DNA of 64,000 bases from Patescibacteria group bacterium (lineage in GTDB: Bacteria > Patescibacteriota > Minisyncoccia > Phycocordibacterales > Phycocordibacteraceae): positions 7,682 to 71,681 of the forward strand of contig JAZKIS010000002.1 of NCBI GenBank assembly GCA_040384725.1, written 5' to 3'. Below are positions 17,372 to 26,838 of the stretch, one piece after another (the stretch's first letter is position 1; each line of letters begins with the position of its first letter). The notes under the pieces are model-generated. The model was not told the DNA's origin. It saw only the letters and a list, made by a program, of their open reading frames with translations, and made no database searches. Position numbers and translations under genes: made by a program.

Positions 17372-18037
17372 ATGGAGGTTCGCATCGAAGAATCTTGGAA
17401 GAATAGACTGAAGGAAGAATTTGAAAAGCCTTACTTTCTGGAGCTTACGAAGCTTGTAAAGGAAGAATATGAGAATGGCACGGTCTATCCGCATCCGAAG
17501 AACATATTTCGAGCGTTTGAGTTAACGCCCTTCGATGCAGTCAGGGTCGTGATCCTTGGTCAGGATCCGTATCACGGACCGAAACAGGCGATCGGCCTAT
17601 CGTTCGCGGTTGAAGACGGAATTGCCCTTCCGCCTTCCCTTCGCAATATATACAAAGAGATCGAGAGCGATCTCGGAGAGAAGCCCAAGCCAAACGGAGA
17701 TCTATCACGATGGGCAACGCAGGGAGTGCTTCTTCTAAACGCTACCCTCACCGTTCGTGCGAGCTCTGCTGGCTCGCATCAGGGAAAGGGCTGGGAAGAG
17801 TTCACCGATGCAGCTATACGAGCTCTTTCAGAAGAACGAGAGCATCTCGTGTTCATACTGTGGGGCAATTATGCGCGTTCGAAAGGTGCTCATATTGATC
17901 GAACGAAGCATTTGGTTATCGAATCGCCACACCCGTCTCCGTTTTCAGCGAGCAACGGATTCTTCGGTTCAAGGCCATTCAGCAAGGCGAATGAGTATCT
18001 TACTAAGCAGGGGTTGCAAGCAATAGACTGGCTTTGA
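17372..18037 (+). CDS. ung: uracil-DNA glycosylase, family 1
   Basis: GQDPYHGP water-activating loop, LLLN, HPSPFS motifs. Confidence 0.92.
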   Translation: MEVRIEESWKNRLKEEFEKPYFLELTKLVKEEYENGTVYPHPKNIFRAFELTPFDAVRVVILGQDPYHGPKQAIGLSFAVEDGIALPPSLRNIYKEIESDLGEKPKPNGDLSRWATQGVLLLNATLTVRASSAGSHQGKGWEEFTDAAIRALSEEREHLVFILWGNYARSKGAHIDRTKHLVIESPHPSPFSASNGFFGSRPFSKANEYLTKQGLQAIDWL

Positions 18038-18073
18038 TTTGCCGCTCTTCTTGGGCGCTGGTATCGTCTACCT

Positions 18074-19831
18074 ATGACTGCACTTAAAACCGAGTGGGAC
18101 CTATCCGTGTTTTATAAGGGTGTTACTGATCCTGCGATCGAACAGGATCAAAAGATGGCTGACAAGGCTATGGCAGCGTTCGCGAAAAAGTATCGCGAGG
18201 ACAAACGGCACTTGAAGAATGCGAAGGCACTCGCGGAAGCGCTCACCGCTTACGAAGGGCTCATAGCGCTTCCCGCCGCGCGTGCCAGCTACTACGTCTT
18301 CTATCGGAAGGATCTCAATATCGAGGATAAGGAGGCCGAGGCGCTCGCAGCGCGCCTTGAGGAGCGAGGCACAAGGCGCGGGAATCAGATTCTTTTCTTT
18401 ACGCTCGAGCTCGGAAAGATCTCATTGGAAAAGCAACGCGAGTTCTTGAAGGCAACAGCGCTCGCGCCTTTCAAGTACTGGCTCGAGCAGGTATTCGAGA
18501 ACGCTCGGTACGACCTCTCAGAAGCCGAGGAGAAGATACTTTCCCTCAAGGAGGACGTGTCGCACGGGCGGTGGGTGCAGCTCACGGATAACGTGCTCAA
18601 CAAGAAGACAGTGGAGTTTAACGATACGATGCTTCCGCTCCCTGAGGCAGTTGGCATCCTTGCGAACCAGCCTACAGCGAAGCGCCGCAAGCTCGGTACG
18701 CTCCTTAACGAGGCGTACGAGAGCGTCGCGGACGTAGCGGAAGGCGAAATCAATGCGATCTACACTGACAAGAAGATCGAGGACGAGCTTCGCGGGATGA
18801 AAGAACCGTACGAGGCGACGATCCGTGGTTACCAGAACGACGTGAAGAGCGTGCTCGCGCTCGTCGAGGCTGTTGAAAAAAGCGCAAAGATCTCCCATCG
18901 CTTCTACGAGGCGAAGAGGAAGCTTCTGAAGCTCAGCCATCTCACGTATGCGGACCGCAGCGCCTCTATCGGCGAGTTGAAGACGAAGATGCCTTTCGAG
19001 AAGGCAGTACCTATCGTCCGCGAAGTATTCGAAGAGCTCGATCCAGCATACGCTCAAATCTTTGACCGCCTAATCGAGAACGGACAGGTAGACGTCCACC
19101 CGAAGAAAGGAAAGGCTGGAGGCGCTTACTGCGCATCGGGCCCTGGCGTACCGACCTTCGTGCTTTTGAACCACACGGACACGTTCGATTCGGTGAAGAC
19201 GCTCGCGCACGAGATGGGGCATGCCGTACACGCGGAACGCTCCAAAGACCAGCGCCCACTGTATGAAGGGCACCCAATCTCAACCGCTGAGACCGCAAGC
19301 ACATTCTTCGAGTACGCGGCATTAAAGCGCCTCGTTGCGAACCTTCCTAAGGAAGAACGCATTATCGCGCTCCATAACGTCATTCAGGACGATATAAGCA
19401 CGGTCTTCAGGCAGATTGCCTGCTTCAGCTTCGAGCGCTCGCTTCACGCGCTCATACGCAAAGAAGGCTACGTGCCGAAGGAACGCATCGCCGACCTCAT
19501 GAACGAGCGCATGCAAGCGTATCTTGGCCCTGCGTTCAAGCTTACGCGCGGGGACGGATACTTCTTCGTTAACTGGAGCCATATACGCCGATTCTTCTAC
19601 GTGTACTCGTATGCGTACGGCCAGCTCATCAGCAAGGGCCTGCATGCGAAGCTCGAGAAGGATCCTGCATTCATTAAGAAAGTGGACGGGTTCCTGTCAG
19701 CAGGCGAGAGCATGTCTCCCGAGGATATCTTCAAGAGGTGCGGCCTGAACACGAAGAAGCCAGACATCTTCCTTGAGGGGCTGAAGGCTATTGAGAAGGA
19801 CGTGGCGCAGCTCGAGCGGCTTATCAAATAA
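18074..19831 (+). CDS. pepF: oligoendopeptidase F (M3B family metallopeptidase)
   Basis: HEMGH zinc motif in LAHEMGHAVHAE, 585 aa; TGgTATCGT 6 nt before ATG. Confidence 0.85.
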   Translation: MTALKTEWDLSVFYKGVTDPAIEQDQKMADKAMAAFAKKYREDKRHLKNAKALAEALTAYEGLIALPAARASYYVFYRKDLNIEDKEAEALAARLEERGTRRGNQILFFTLELGKISLEKQREFLKATALAPFKYWLEQVFENARYDLSEAEEKILSLKEDVSHGRWVQLTDNVLNKKTVEFNDTMLPLPEAVGILANQPTAKRRKLGTLLNEAYESVADVAEGEINAIYTDKKIEDELRGMKEPYEATIRGYQNDVKSVLALVEAVEKSAKISHRFYEAKRKLLKLSHLTYADRSASIGELKTKMPFEKAVPIVREVFEELDPAYAQIFDRLIENGQVDVHPKKGKAGGAYCASGPGVPTFVLLNHTDTFDSVKTLAHEMGHAVHAERSKDQRPLYEGHPISTAETASTFFEYAALKRLVANLPKEERIIALHNVIQDDISTVFRQIACFSFERSLHALIRKEGYVPKERIADLMNERMQAYLGPAFKLTRGDGYFFVNWSHIRRFFYVYSYAYGQLISKGLHAKLEKDPAFIKKVDGFLSAGESMSPEDIFKRCGLNTKKPDIFLEGLKAIEKDVAQLERLIK

Positions 19832-19849
19832 TGGTATCGTCATAGCACT

Positions 19850-21766
19850 ATGACCGTATCTGAAGTCCGCAAGCGATTCCTCGCGTTCTACGAGGCAAGG
19901 AGCCACGCTATCGTGCCGTCCGCTCCGATCGTTCCCGGAAACGACCCGACAACCCTCTTTACCTCGAGCGGTATGCAGCCGTTGGTGCCGTATCTTCTTG
20001 GCGAGCCGCATCCAGCGGGTACGCGCATTGCGGACGCGCAGCTGTCCTTCCGTGCAGGCGACATCGAAGAGGTGGGAGACAATCGTCATACGACGTTCTT
20101 CGAGATGCTCGGGAACTGGTCTCTTGGCGACTATTTCAAGAGAGAACAGCTCCCGTGGATCTTCGAGTTCCTTACCTCCAAGGAAGTGGGGTTGGGATTC
20201 GATCCTGAGCGGGTGTACGTAACAGTCTTCGCCGGAGACCCGAGTACGGGTGTTGATGCGGACACCGAAGCGGTTGAGCTCTGGAAAGGACTCTTTAAAG
20301 AAAAGGGAATCGATGCAGGATTCGCATCCATTGGCACCGAGGAGGAGGGGTACGCACGCGGCATGAATCCTGGAGAGCGAATCTTTGCCTATGGCGACAA
20401 GAACTGGTGGAGCAGGGTTGGCGCGCCGTCCAAGATGACGGCAGGAGAGCCAGGAGGCCCTGATTCCGAGATGTTCTACGACTTTGGTACGCCGCACGAC
20501 ACGAAGTGGGGCGAACACTGCCACGTGAACTGCGATTGCGGGCGATTCGTTGAGATCTGCAACTCCGTATTCATGCAGTTCCTTAAGAACGAGGACGGCA
20601 GCTTCTCCGAGCTTCCGAAGCAGAACGTTGATTTCGGTGGAGGTCTCGAGCGTATCGTCGCCACGAGCATGGGGGAGTCCGATGTCTTCCTTATCGACGT
20701 CTTCGATTCCGCCCGCGCTGTTCTGGAGGCTCGTACCGGCAAGAAATACCTCGAGGACGAGGCGAGCACCCGTGCGTTCCGTATCATCATGGATCACATG
20801 CGTGCGAGTGCGTTCATGCTCGCGGAAGGCATCCTGCCGTCGAACACCGAGGCCGGCTACGTGTTGCGCAGGCTCCTGCGCCGGGCCATACGCGAATCAG
20901 ATCGCCTCGGTATCAAGGACGCGGTCCTCGCAGACGTCGCGAAGGGCTATGGCCAGGTCTATGCGGATCAGTATCCACATGTACTAGAGAACGCAGACAA
21001 GATCCGTGAAGAGATAGCGAAGGAAGAGGAGAAGTTCAGGAAGACCCTTACGAGCGGCATGCGCGAGCTCGAGAAGCTTTCTTCGAACGGAACTATCAGT
21101 GCTGAGAACGTATTCACCCTTTTCACTACCTTCGGCTTCCCTGTCGAGCTTACCGAAGAGATCGCGAACGAGCGTGAGATTGAGATAGACCTTACGGCAG
21201 TCGTAGCACTGATGAGGCAGCATCAGGAGACCTCACGCGCAGGAGGTGCACAGCGCTTCGCGGGAGGGCTTGCAGACCATGCGGAGCAGACCGTCCGGTA
21301 TCACACCACGCACCATATTCTTTTGAAGGCGCTTCAGATGGTGCTGGGATCTGAAGTTAAGCAGCGAGGCTCAAACATAACCTCAGAACGTCTTCGTATA
21401 GACTTCGCATCTCCCGGCAAGATGTCGGACGAGCAGAAGGCTGAGGTTGAGAGAATCGTGAACGAGACCATATACCAGGATCTTCCGGTTACGCGCACCG
21501 TTATGCCACGCGAAGAGGCTGAGAAGCTCGGAGCTGAGATGGAGTTCGGTGTTAAGTATCCGGACATGGTGTCCGTGTATTCGGTCGGACCTATCCATGC
21601 CACAGAAGCGACACCGGATATTCCGAACGCCTTCTCGCTTGAATTCTGCGGAGGTCCGCATGTTTCAAACACGAGCGAGATACATGCAGACGGACGTACG
21701 TTTCGGATCCAGAAAGAGGAAGCCGTTGCGAGTGGCGTTCGGAGGATCAAAGCGGTGTTGGACTAA
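19850..21766 (+). CDS. alaS: alanyl-tRNA synthetase, short form lacking the C-Ala domain
   Basis: Class II catalytic core plus editing-domain HxxxH (HTTHHILLKAL); only 638 aa. Confidence 0.9.
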   Translation: MTVSEVRKRFLAFYEARSHAIVPSAPIVPGNDPTTLFTSSGMQPLVPYLLGEPHPAGTRIADAQLSFRAGDIEEVGDNRHTTFFEMLGNWSLGDYFKREQLPWIFEFLTSKEVGLGFDPERVYVTVFAGDPSTGVDADTEAVELWKGLFKEKGIDAGFASIGTEEEGYARGMNPGERIFAYGDKNWWSRVGAPSKMTAGEPGGPDSEMFYDFGTPHDTKWGEHCHVNCDCGRFVEICNSVFMQFLKNEDGSFSELPKQNVDFGGGLERIVATSMGESDVFLIDVFDSARAVLEARTGKKYLEDEASTRAFRIIMDHMRASAFMLAEGILPSNTEAGYVLRRLLRRAIRESDRLGIKDAVLADVAKGYGQVYADQYPHVLENADKIREEIAKEEEKFRKTLTSGMRELEKLSSNGTISAENVFTLFTTFGFPVELTEEIANEREIEIDLTAVVALMRQHQETSRAGGAQRFAGGLADHAEQTVRYHTTHHILLKALQMVLGSEVKQRGSNITSERLRIDFASPGKMSDEQKAEVERIVNETIYQDLPVTRTVMPREEAEKLGAEMEFGVKYPDMVSVYSVGPIHATEATPDIPNAFSLEFCGGPHVSNTSEIHADGRTFRIQKEEAVASGVRRIKAVLD

Positions 21767-21822
21767 AGACACTGGCGATGCTTAGATGAGGCCAGACTAA
21801 GGAACCGTATAAGGAGAGGCGA

Positions 21823-22035
21823 ATGATTGCGTTCGAGATTACTCAGCACAATGAAGTTGAAATCAAATCCTGGCTCGAGAGGCATGACAAAACCTGCATG
21901 TTCAAGGCACGTTCAGGCCAAGGAGCAGTTGGAGGCCGTTTGACCTACAGCTTCAGTCCAACGGATGTCGGCGTGATGAAAAAAGTCTCATGTGCCTGCG
22001 GCGCAGAGACTAGTATCGGCCTCAATGATCTCTAG
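21823..22035 (+). CDS. hypothetical small protein
   Basis: 70-aa ORF with SD AAGGAGAGG 6 nt upstream; followed by a terminator. Confidence 0.45.
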   Translation: MIAFEITQHNEVEIKSWLERHDKTCMFKARSGQGAVGGRLTYSFSPTDVGVMKKVSCACGAETSIGLNDL

Positions 22036-22051
22036 GGCTCAGGTATACGTT

Positions 22052-22086
22052 GAAGGGCCGCTTCATCGCGAAGCGGCCCTTTTGCC
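22052..22086. terminator. intrinsic terminator (between convergent genes)
   Basis: GAAGGGCCGCTTC-atcgc-GAAGCGGCCCTT then TTTGCC. Confidence 0.7.
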
Positions 22087-22114
22087 TATTGGTTCGAAAC
22101 TCGTTCGAAGCTAC

Positions 22115-22987
22115 TTAGTCCTGAACGGTAATAGCGGTGCCCAGTGGCGCCCATTCATAGAGCTCCCTCGCCATAGCAAGCGGCACGTTCACGCAGCCGT
22201 GCGACCACTGCTGCCCGAACTTGGTATGCCAGTACGCGCCGTGTATGGCGCCGCCTTCCTTGGTGAAGTACATATTCCACGGAACCCCGGGGAGGTCATA
22301 GTAGTCCTCGGAGACGTCGGGAAGCGGCCCCTGCATGTAGCGGCTCGGCGTCTTCTTGAAGACTCTGAAGCTTCCTCGGGGCGTTGGTGTCAGGTCGTGT
22401 CCCGTTGAGATCGTCGTCTTGAGAGCGAGCTCCTCACCGTCATAGGCATAGAGCATCTGCTCGGAACGATCGACAACGATACGCTTCGTCGTCGTCTCGT
22501 CTCCTGGCAGCAAAAGCGTCGTGCCTGGATCATAGAACGCCCGTACCTGATCGCTCGCGACGTACCAGTCTTTCGCAACGCGGTCCTTGTAGCGAATCCA
22601 CTCACTGAACTCCACCTTGTACCAGACACGACCAGATGCGTCCGTCTCGGTCTCTTTTGCTATAGGAAGTACCGTTCCCGTGCGCAACTTTCCGATCGCC
22701 GGAGCCGAGGTAGTTGCCTCCATACGGATGTTCACGCAGCTGCCGGAGAAATCAGCGCCGCACCCGTCGAGCACTTCAATGTACGTAGGGAGCTCTATCT
22801 TAGGTTCCTCCGCAGACACGAGCTCCGAAACCGCAGTAGCTGCTTCCTCAAGCGTGACGCTCTTGCCGTTAAGGAATAGGAACGCAAGGACCGCAACAGC
22901 GAGCATGACGATCCCGAGCGCGATGAGGAGAATCTTCCTATTCCTATGCATGTCCCTAGAGTACAACACAAGGGTGCCCTTGGTCAT
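22115..22987 (-). CDS. L,D-transpeptidase (YkuD domain) with N-terminal TM anchor
   Basis: Catalytic SHGCVN motif near the C-terminus, preceded by HGAYWH; N-terminal hydrophobic anchor ILLIALGIVMLAVAVLAFLFL. Confidence 0.85.
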   Translation of the reverse strand: MTKGTLVLYSRDMHRNRKILLIALGIVMLAVAVLAFLFLNGKSVTLEEAATAVSELVSAEEPKIELPTYIEVLDGCGADFSGSCVNIRMEATTSAPAIGKLRTGTVLPIAKETETDASGRVWYKVEFSEWIRYKDRVAKDWYVASDQVRAFYDPGTTLLLPGDETTTKRIVVDRSEQMLYAYDGEELALKTTISTGHDLTPTPRGSFRVFKKTPSRYMQGPLPDVSEDYYDLPGVPWNMYFTKEGGAIHGAYWHTKFGQQWSHGCVNVPLAMARELYEWAPLGTAITVQD

Positions 22988-23005
22988 CCTGGTATACTGG
23001 CCCGT

Positions 23006-24172
23006 ATGGCTCTTTTTCCGTTCGGAAAGAAGAAGGCGCGCTCCGTCGCGCTGATTGATATCGGTTCAGCGTCGGTAGGCGGCGCGTATGTGCACTACGA
23101 GGAAGGGAAGCCACCGATAATCTACTACACCGCGCGCGTTGACGTTGAGGTGCGCGAAGGCGAGACCATCAGGGACGGCATGCTCCGCTCACTCGCCTTC
23201 CTCGAGCGGCTCCTCATCGAAGAAGGGGCTCCTGCGCTCCGACGTGAGACGGGGAGTGCGGTTATTGAGAAAGTGCTCGTGTCCGTAGCGGCTCCCTGGC
23301 AGGACACGCTCGTTTCAACGACTAATATCCAGCAGAAGAATCCTTTCACGTTCACGTTCACGCACATGCATCTTGCGGATGCGGTTAAGAAGACCTCGGT
23401 GGTACCCAAAGACCGGGTAAGCTCAGGACACACCGTCATCGCAACCATCCTGAACGGATACGAAACGCCGAGTCCCTTCGGAAAGCGCGTAACTCGTGCA
23501 GAGCTCGTGATTCTCGCGTCGACGCTTGAGAAGGAGGCGGCGCACGCTATAGAAGCATCTTTGCGAAAAGCATTCCATACGAATGAGATCGAGCTAACCG
23601 CATTCGCGCCCGTTGCGTATACGGTCTTCAGGGATCTGTACCCACACCAGAAGGATTTCGTAGTGCTCGACGTGTCCGGAACCGGGACTGACGCGGCATT
23701 CGTGAAGCGCGGGCTCCTCGTAGAGGTCCGGAGCGTTGCCTACGGCACGCAGGACCTCCTTATCGCTGCACGCAAAGCAGGGCAGCGGGCGCACCTGTCT
23801 TCCGTTGATATGATCGATCCGGTTGCGAACGAATCCTTCGCGAAGGAATCCGAGGAGGCAGAGCGCATCTGGCTCGACGGATTGCATGGAGCGTTCGCGA
23901 GCGTCGCGAGCGTGCAGGCGCTTCCGCGCACCCTCCTTCTGCTTGCAGACACCGAAGCGCGTGACTACCTGAAGCGCACCCTTGAAGAGAGTGGACTGCG
24001 TACGCTCTGGCTTTCGGACGAACCCCTGTCCGTTATACCGATCACGCCGTCGCACCTTGCCGCGAGAGTGAAGACGAGGGGGCTCGGGGACGGGGACCTT
24101 TTCCTTGCTCTCCTTGCGCTCTATGCCGCCAGAGGCACCAGTCTTCCAGAGGCGGTGCCTGAATCGGTCTAG
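23006..24172 (+). CDS. actin-like ATPase fold protein (FtsA/PilM-like), putative
   Basis: SVALIDIGSASVGGAYV and FVVLDVSGTGTDAAFVKRGLL resemble the two phosphate-binding motifs of the FtsA/PilM/MreB superfamily; start moved to an internal ATG to avoid the convergent gene. Confidence 0.4.
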   Translation: MALFPFGKKKARSVALIDIGSASVGGAYVHYEEGKPPIIYYTARVDVEVREGETIRDGMLRSLAFLERLLIEEGAPALRRETGSAVIEKVLVSVAAPWQDTLVSTTNIQQKNPFTFTFTHMHLADAVKKTSVVPKDRVSSGHTVIATILNGYETPSPFGKRVTRAELVILASTLEKEAAHAIEASLRKAFHTNEIELTAFAPVAYTVFRDLYPHQKDFVVLDVSGTGTDAAFVKRGLLVEVRSVAYGTQDLLIAARKAGQRAHLSSVDMIDPVANESFAKESEEAERIWLDGLHGAFASVASVQALPRTLLLLADTEARDYLKRTLEESGLRTLWLSDEPLSVIPITPSHLAARVKTRGLGDGDLFLALLALYAARGTSLPEAVPESV

Positions 24173-24258
24173 GCGTTATACCCTTCGAGAACGAAGGGCT
24201 CCTTGTGCGGGTGTATACTTACCCGGTACTACTCATATCGAGGCTTTTCTACGTAGAT

Positions 24259-25530
24259 ATGCAAAAGAATCTGAATGACATCATCCCTCCATCACGGAGA
24301 CGTGCTATGGAAGGCAGCGAGGACGCTCCGGCATACACCTCATCTGCAGTCCCGCCGCCCGTTCCTCCCGAGCGACCTGCCTACGCGCGTCCTCTTGCGC
24401 CGCGTCCGAAGCGCTCGTTCCCCGTTGGGACCGCCATCGTTGCAGCGATCGTTATCCTCGGCTCTATCGGCGCGCTGTTTGCGTTCTCAGGCGCTGAGGT
24501 AAAGGTAACGGCAACCGAGAATCAGACTGCCGTATCAGGCGAGTTCCTTGCCACCGGTTCCGGAGGCGATCTCCCGTTCGAGATCCTCACCGTCGAGAAG
24601 ATAGCGAGCGTCGAGGTTGAGAGCGAGGGAACCGAAACGGTTAACCAGTCCGCCCAGGGCACTCTCACCATCGAGAACAAGCAGGACGTTCCGCAGCAGC
24701 TCATCAAGAACACCCGCTTCGAGACGCCGGACGGCCTCATATTCCGTATCCGTGACTCCGTAACGGTGCCAGCCGCCAAAGGCGGCGCACCCGGCACCCT
24801 CGTCACGACCGTCTACGCGGACGCGACCGGAGAAAGCTATAACGTAGGCGCAACCACTTTCACGCTTCCGGGTCTTAAGGGCGGCGCGACCTTCACGCAG
24901 GTAACCGGACGCTCCACCGAATCCATGAAGGGCGGATTCGCCGGACCTCGCCCGAGCGTTAAGGCAGCGACCCGTGAGGCGAAAGGACAGGAGATTCGCA
25001 CGAAGCTCGGCTCTGATATCGAAGCAGCGATCAGGGATGCTGTTCCTGAAGGGTACATCCTCGTTCCCGGCGGAAGCCGCGTGACGTACGAGCCTCAGCC
25101 GGACCAGGCAGCGGCAGGGAACTCCGTGCAGCTTTCAGAGAAGGCGATCGCTTCGGTCGTAGTCTTCCCGAAGGAAGCGCTCGCACGCGCTATCGCGTAC
25201 CAGGTCGTGGGTTCCTATAGCGGCCAGCCTATCACCATCGAGGACGCATCAGGCCTTACCTTGGCGCCCGTAGGGGACCTACCTGTCCCAGGAACCGAGG
25301 AATTCGCGTTCTCCCTCGCGGGGAATACCAAGGTCTTGTGGAGCGTAGACCCGTCAAAGATCGCAAGCGCGGTGGCCGGAAAGACTGCGGATCAGGCTGA
25401 AACCGTACTCGCGGGATACCCTGAAGTGGAGCGCGCGGCGCTCGTCTTGCGCCCTTTCTGGAACCGTTCCTTCCCGGCAGACCCGGCCAAGATCGACGTA
25501 AAGGTCGAGAACGCTCCGAAACCCAAGTAA
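24259..25530 (+). CDS. hypothetical membrane-anchored protein (Pro-rich linker, single TM, large extracytoplasmic domain)
   Basis: TM segment VGTAIVAAIVILGSIGALFAF after a PPPVPPERP stretch; no recognizable catalytic motif. Confidence 0.5.
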   Translation: MQKNLNDIIPPSRRRAMEGSEDAPAYTSSAVPPPVPPERPAYARPLAPRPKRSFPVGTAIVAAIVILGSIGALFAFSGAEVKVTATENQTAVSGEFLATGSGGDLPFEILTVEKIASVEVESEGTETVNQSAQGTLTIENKQDVPQQLIKNTRFETPDGLIFRIRDSVTVPAAKGGAPGTLVTTVYADATGESYNVGATTFTLPGLKGGATFTQVTGRSTESMKGGFAGPRPSVKAATREAKGQEIRTKLGSDIEAAIRDAVPEGYILVPGGSRVTYEPQPDQAAAGNSVQLSEKAIASVVVFPKEALARAIAYQVVGSYSGQPITIEDASGLTLAPVGDLPVPGTEEFAFSLAGNTKVLWSVDPSKIASAVAGKTADQAETVLAGYPEVERAALVLRPFWNRSFPADPAKIDVKVENAPKPK

Positions 25531-25546
25531 ACTAGGGATAACGCGG

Positions 25547-25578
25547 TTGACGCTCCTGCCAGTCCTTGGTAGGATAAT
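25547..25578 (+). promoter_or_regulatory. sigma-70-type promoter TTGACG-17-TAGGATAAT for the infA operon
   Basis: TTGACG 25547-25552; TAGGAT/GATAAT 25570-25578; ATG 10 nt downstream (near-leaderless). Confidence 0.55.
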
Positions 25579-25588
25579 GAAGCTTCAC

Positions 25589-25804
25589 ATGGAGGTAAGT
25601 AAAGAAGGCGCAGCAACCGGCTCCGTAGAGGAGGTGCTTCCTAATTCCCTTTTCAGGGTTAGGATGCCGACGGGAGAGCTCCAGCTTGCTTACCTTGCAG
25701 GAAAGATGCGCCTGCACCGGATACGCGTTCTGGTAGGTGACCAGGTAGAACTGGTTATCGACCCGTATGGCGGCCGGGCACGCATCGTGAGGCGGCTTAG
25801 CTAA
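25589..25804 (+). CDS. infA: translation initiation factor IF-1
   Basis: [26 protein letters not shown]...[24 protein letters not shown] aligns to E. coli IF-1 (S1-like OB fold); alternative start at 25577. Confidence 0.88.
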   Translation: MEVSKEGAATGSVEEVLPNSLFRVRMPTGELQLAYLAGKMRLHRIRVLVGDQVELVIDPYGGRARIVRRLS

Positions 25805-25815
25805 ATATCCTAACG

Positions 25816-25932
25816 ATGAAGGTACGCGCATCCATTAAAGTCCAGCAGCCTGGAGATATCATCGTCCGCCGTCGCGGACGCTTGTACCGTATCAACAAGC
25901 GCAACCCTCGCCGCAAGGCACGTCAGGGCTAG
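25816..25932 (+). CDS. rpmJ: ribosomal protein L36, Cys-less (zinc-independent) form
   Basis: 38-aa [41 protein letters not shown] (too short for the ORF track); conserved position between infA and rpsM. Confidence 0.85.
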   Translation: MKVRASIKVQQPGDIIVRRRGRLYRINKRNPRRKARQG

Positions 25933-25974
25933 AGCCGTCTTACTTTCTTTTACCTTACTTAATTCTCGTATCCC

Positions 25975-26355
25975 ATGCGTATCGCCGGTGTAACCCTTCC
26001 AGACGACAAGCAGCTCGCCTACGCGCTGCCTCTTATCTTTGGTATCGGACCGACGCGTGCGCTCGACATCCTCAAGGCTGCAAAGGTTGAGCCTACCCGC
26101 AAGGGAAGCGACCTCTCTGCTGACGAGGAGCAGACGATCCGTACTCTTGCGGAGGCCTACACCATCGAAGGAGAGCTCCGCCGCGAGGAGGGACAGAACG
26201 TAAAGCGCTTGAAGGACATCCGTTCCGCACGCGGTATCCGCCATGAGCGCCGTCTCCCGGTCCGCGCACAGCGCACCAAGACGAACTCCCGCACCGTCCG
26301 TGGCAACACTCGTAAGACGATGGGTTCTGGTCGCCGTACGCTCGAGAAGACATAA
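25975..26355 (+). CDS. rpsM: ribosomal protein S13
   Basis: MRIAGVTLPDDKQLAYALPLIFGIGPTRA... canonical S13. Confidence 0.95.
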   Translation: MRIAGVTLPDDKQLAYALPLIFGIGPTRALDILKAAKVEPTRKGSDLSADEEQTIRTLAEAYTIEGELRREEGQNVKRLKDIRSARGIRHERRLPVRAQRTKTNSRTVRGNTRKTMGSGRRTLEKT

Positions 26356-26382
26356 TCCGCGGACATACACTTTTAATTCACT

Positions 26383-26817
26383 ATGGGAAAGAAACGAATC
26401 ATCAAGAAGTCGGGCAAGGGCATGGACCAGGGCCGCAAGGACCGTGCGATGTCCAAGGCCGTCAAGAAGCGTCTCGAGCGCGGCGTACTTCACGTCGAGG
26501 CAACCTTCAACAACACGAAGGTCGTGCTCACGGACGAGGCTGGGAACGCGATCATGTCTTCTTCTGCAGGCGCCCTCGGCTTCTCTGGTGCTCGCAAGTC
26601 CACTCCGTACGCCGCTACCAAGGTCGGCGAGCTCATCGGCGACAAGGCGATCCTCATCGGCCTCAAGGAGGCTTCCGTGGTTATCCGTGGCATCGGTGCA
26701 GGACGCGAGTCCGCGCTCCGCGGCTTCTCGACCAAGGGCATCGCTATCCGTTCCATCAAGGACGCGACTCCGGTCCCGCATAACGGCCCCCGCCCTAAGA
26801 AGGCTCGTCGCGTATAG
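26383..26817 (+). CDS. rpsK: ribosomal protein S11
   Basis: VLHVEATFNNTKVVLTDEAGNAIMSSSAGALGF... canonical S11. Confidence 0.95.
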   Translation: MGKKRIIKKSGKGMDQGRKDRAMSKAVKKRLERGVLHVEATFNNTKVVLTDEAGNAIMSSSAGALGFSGARKSTPYAATKVGELIGDKAILIGLKEASVVIRGIGAGRESALRGFSTKGIAIRSIKDATPVPHNGPRPKKARRV

Positions 26818-26838
26818 TCTTTCTCATCCTCTCTACCT

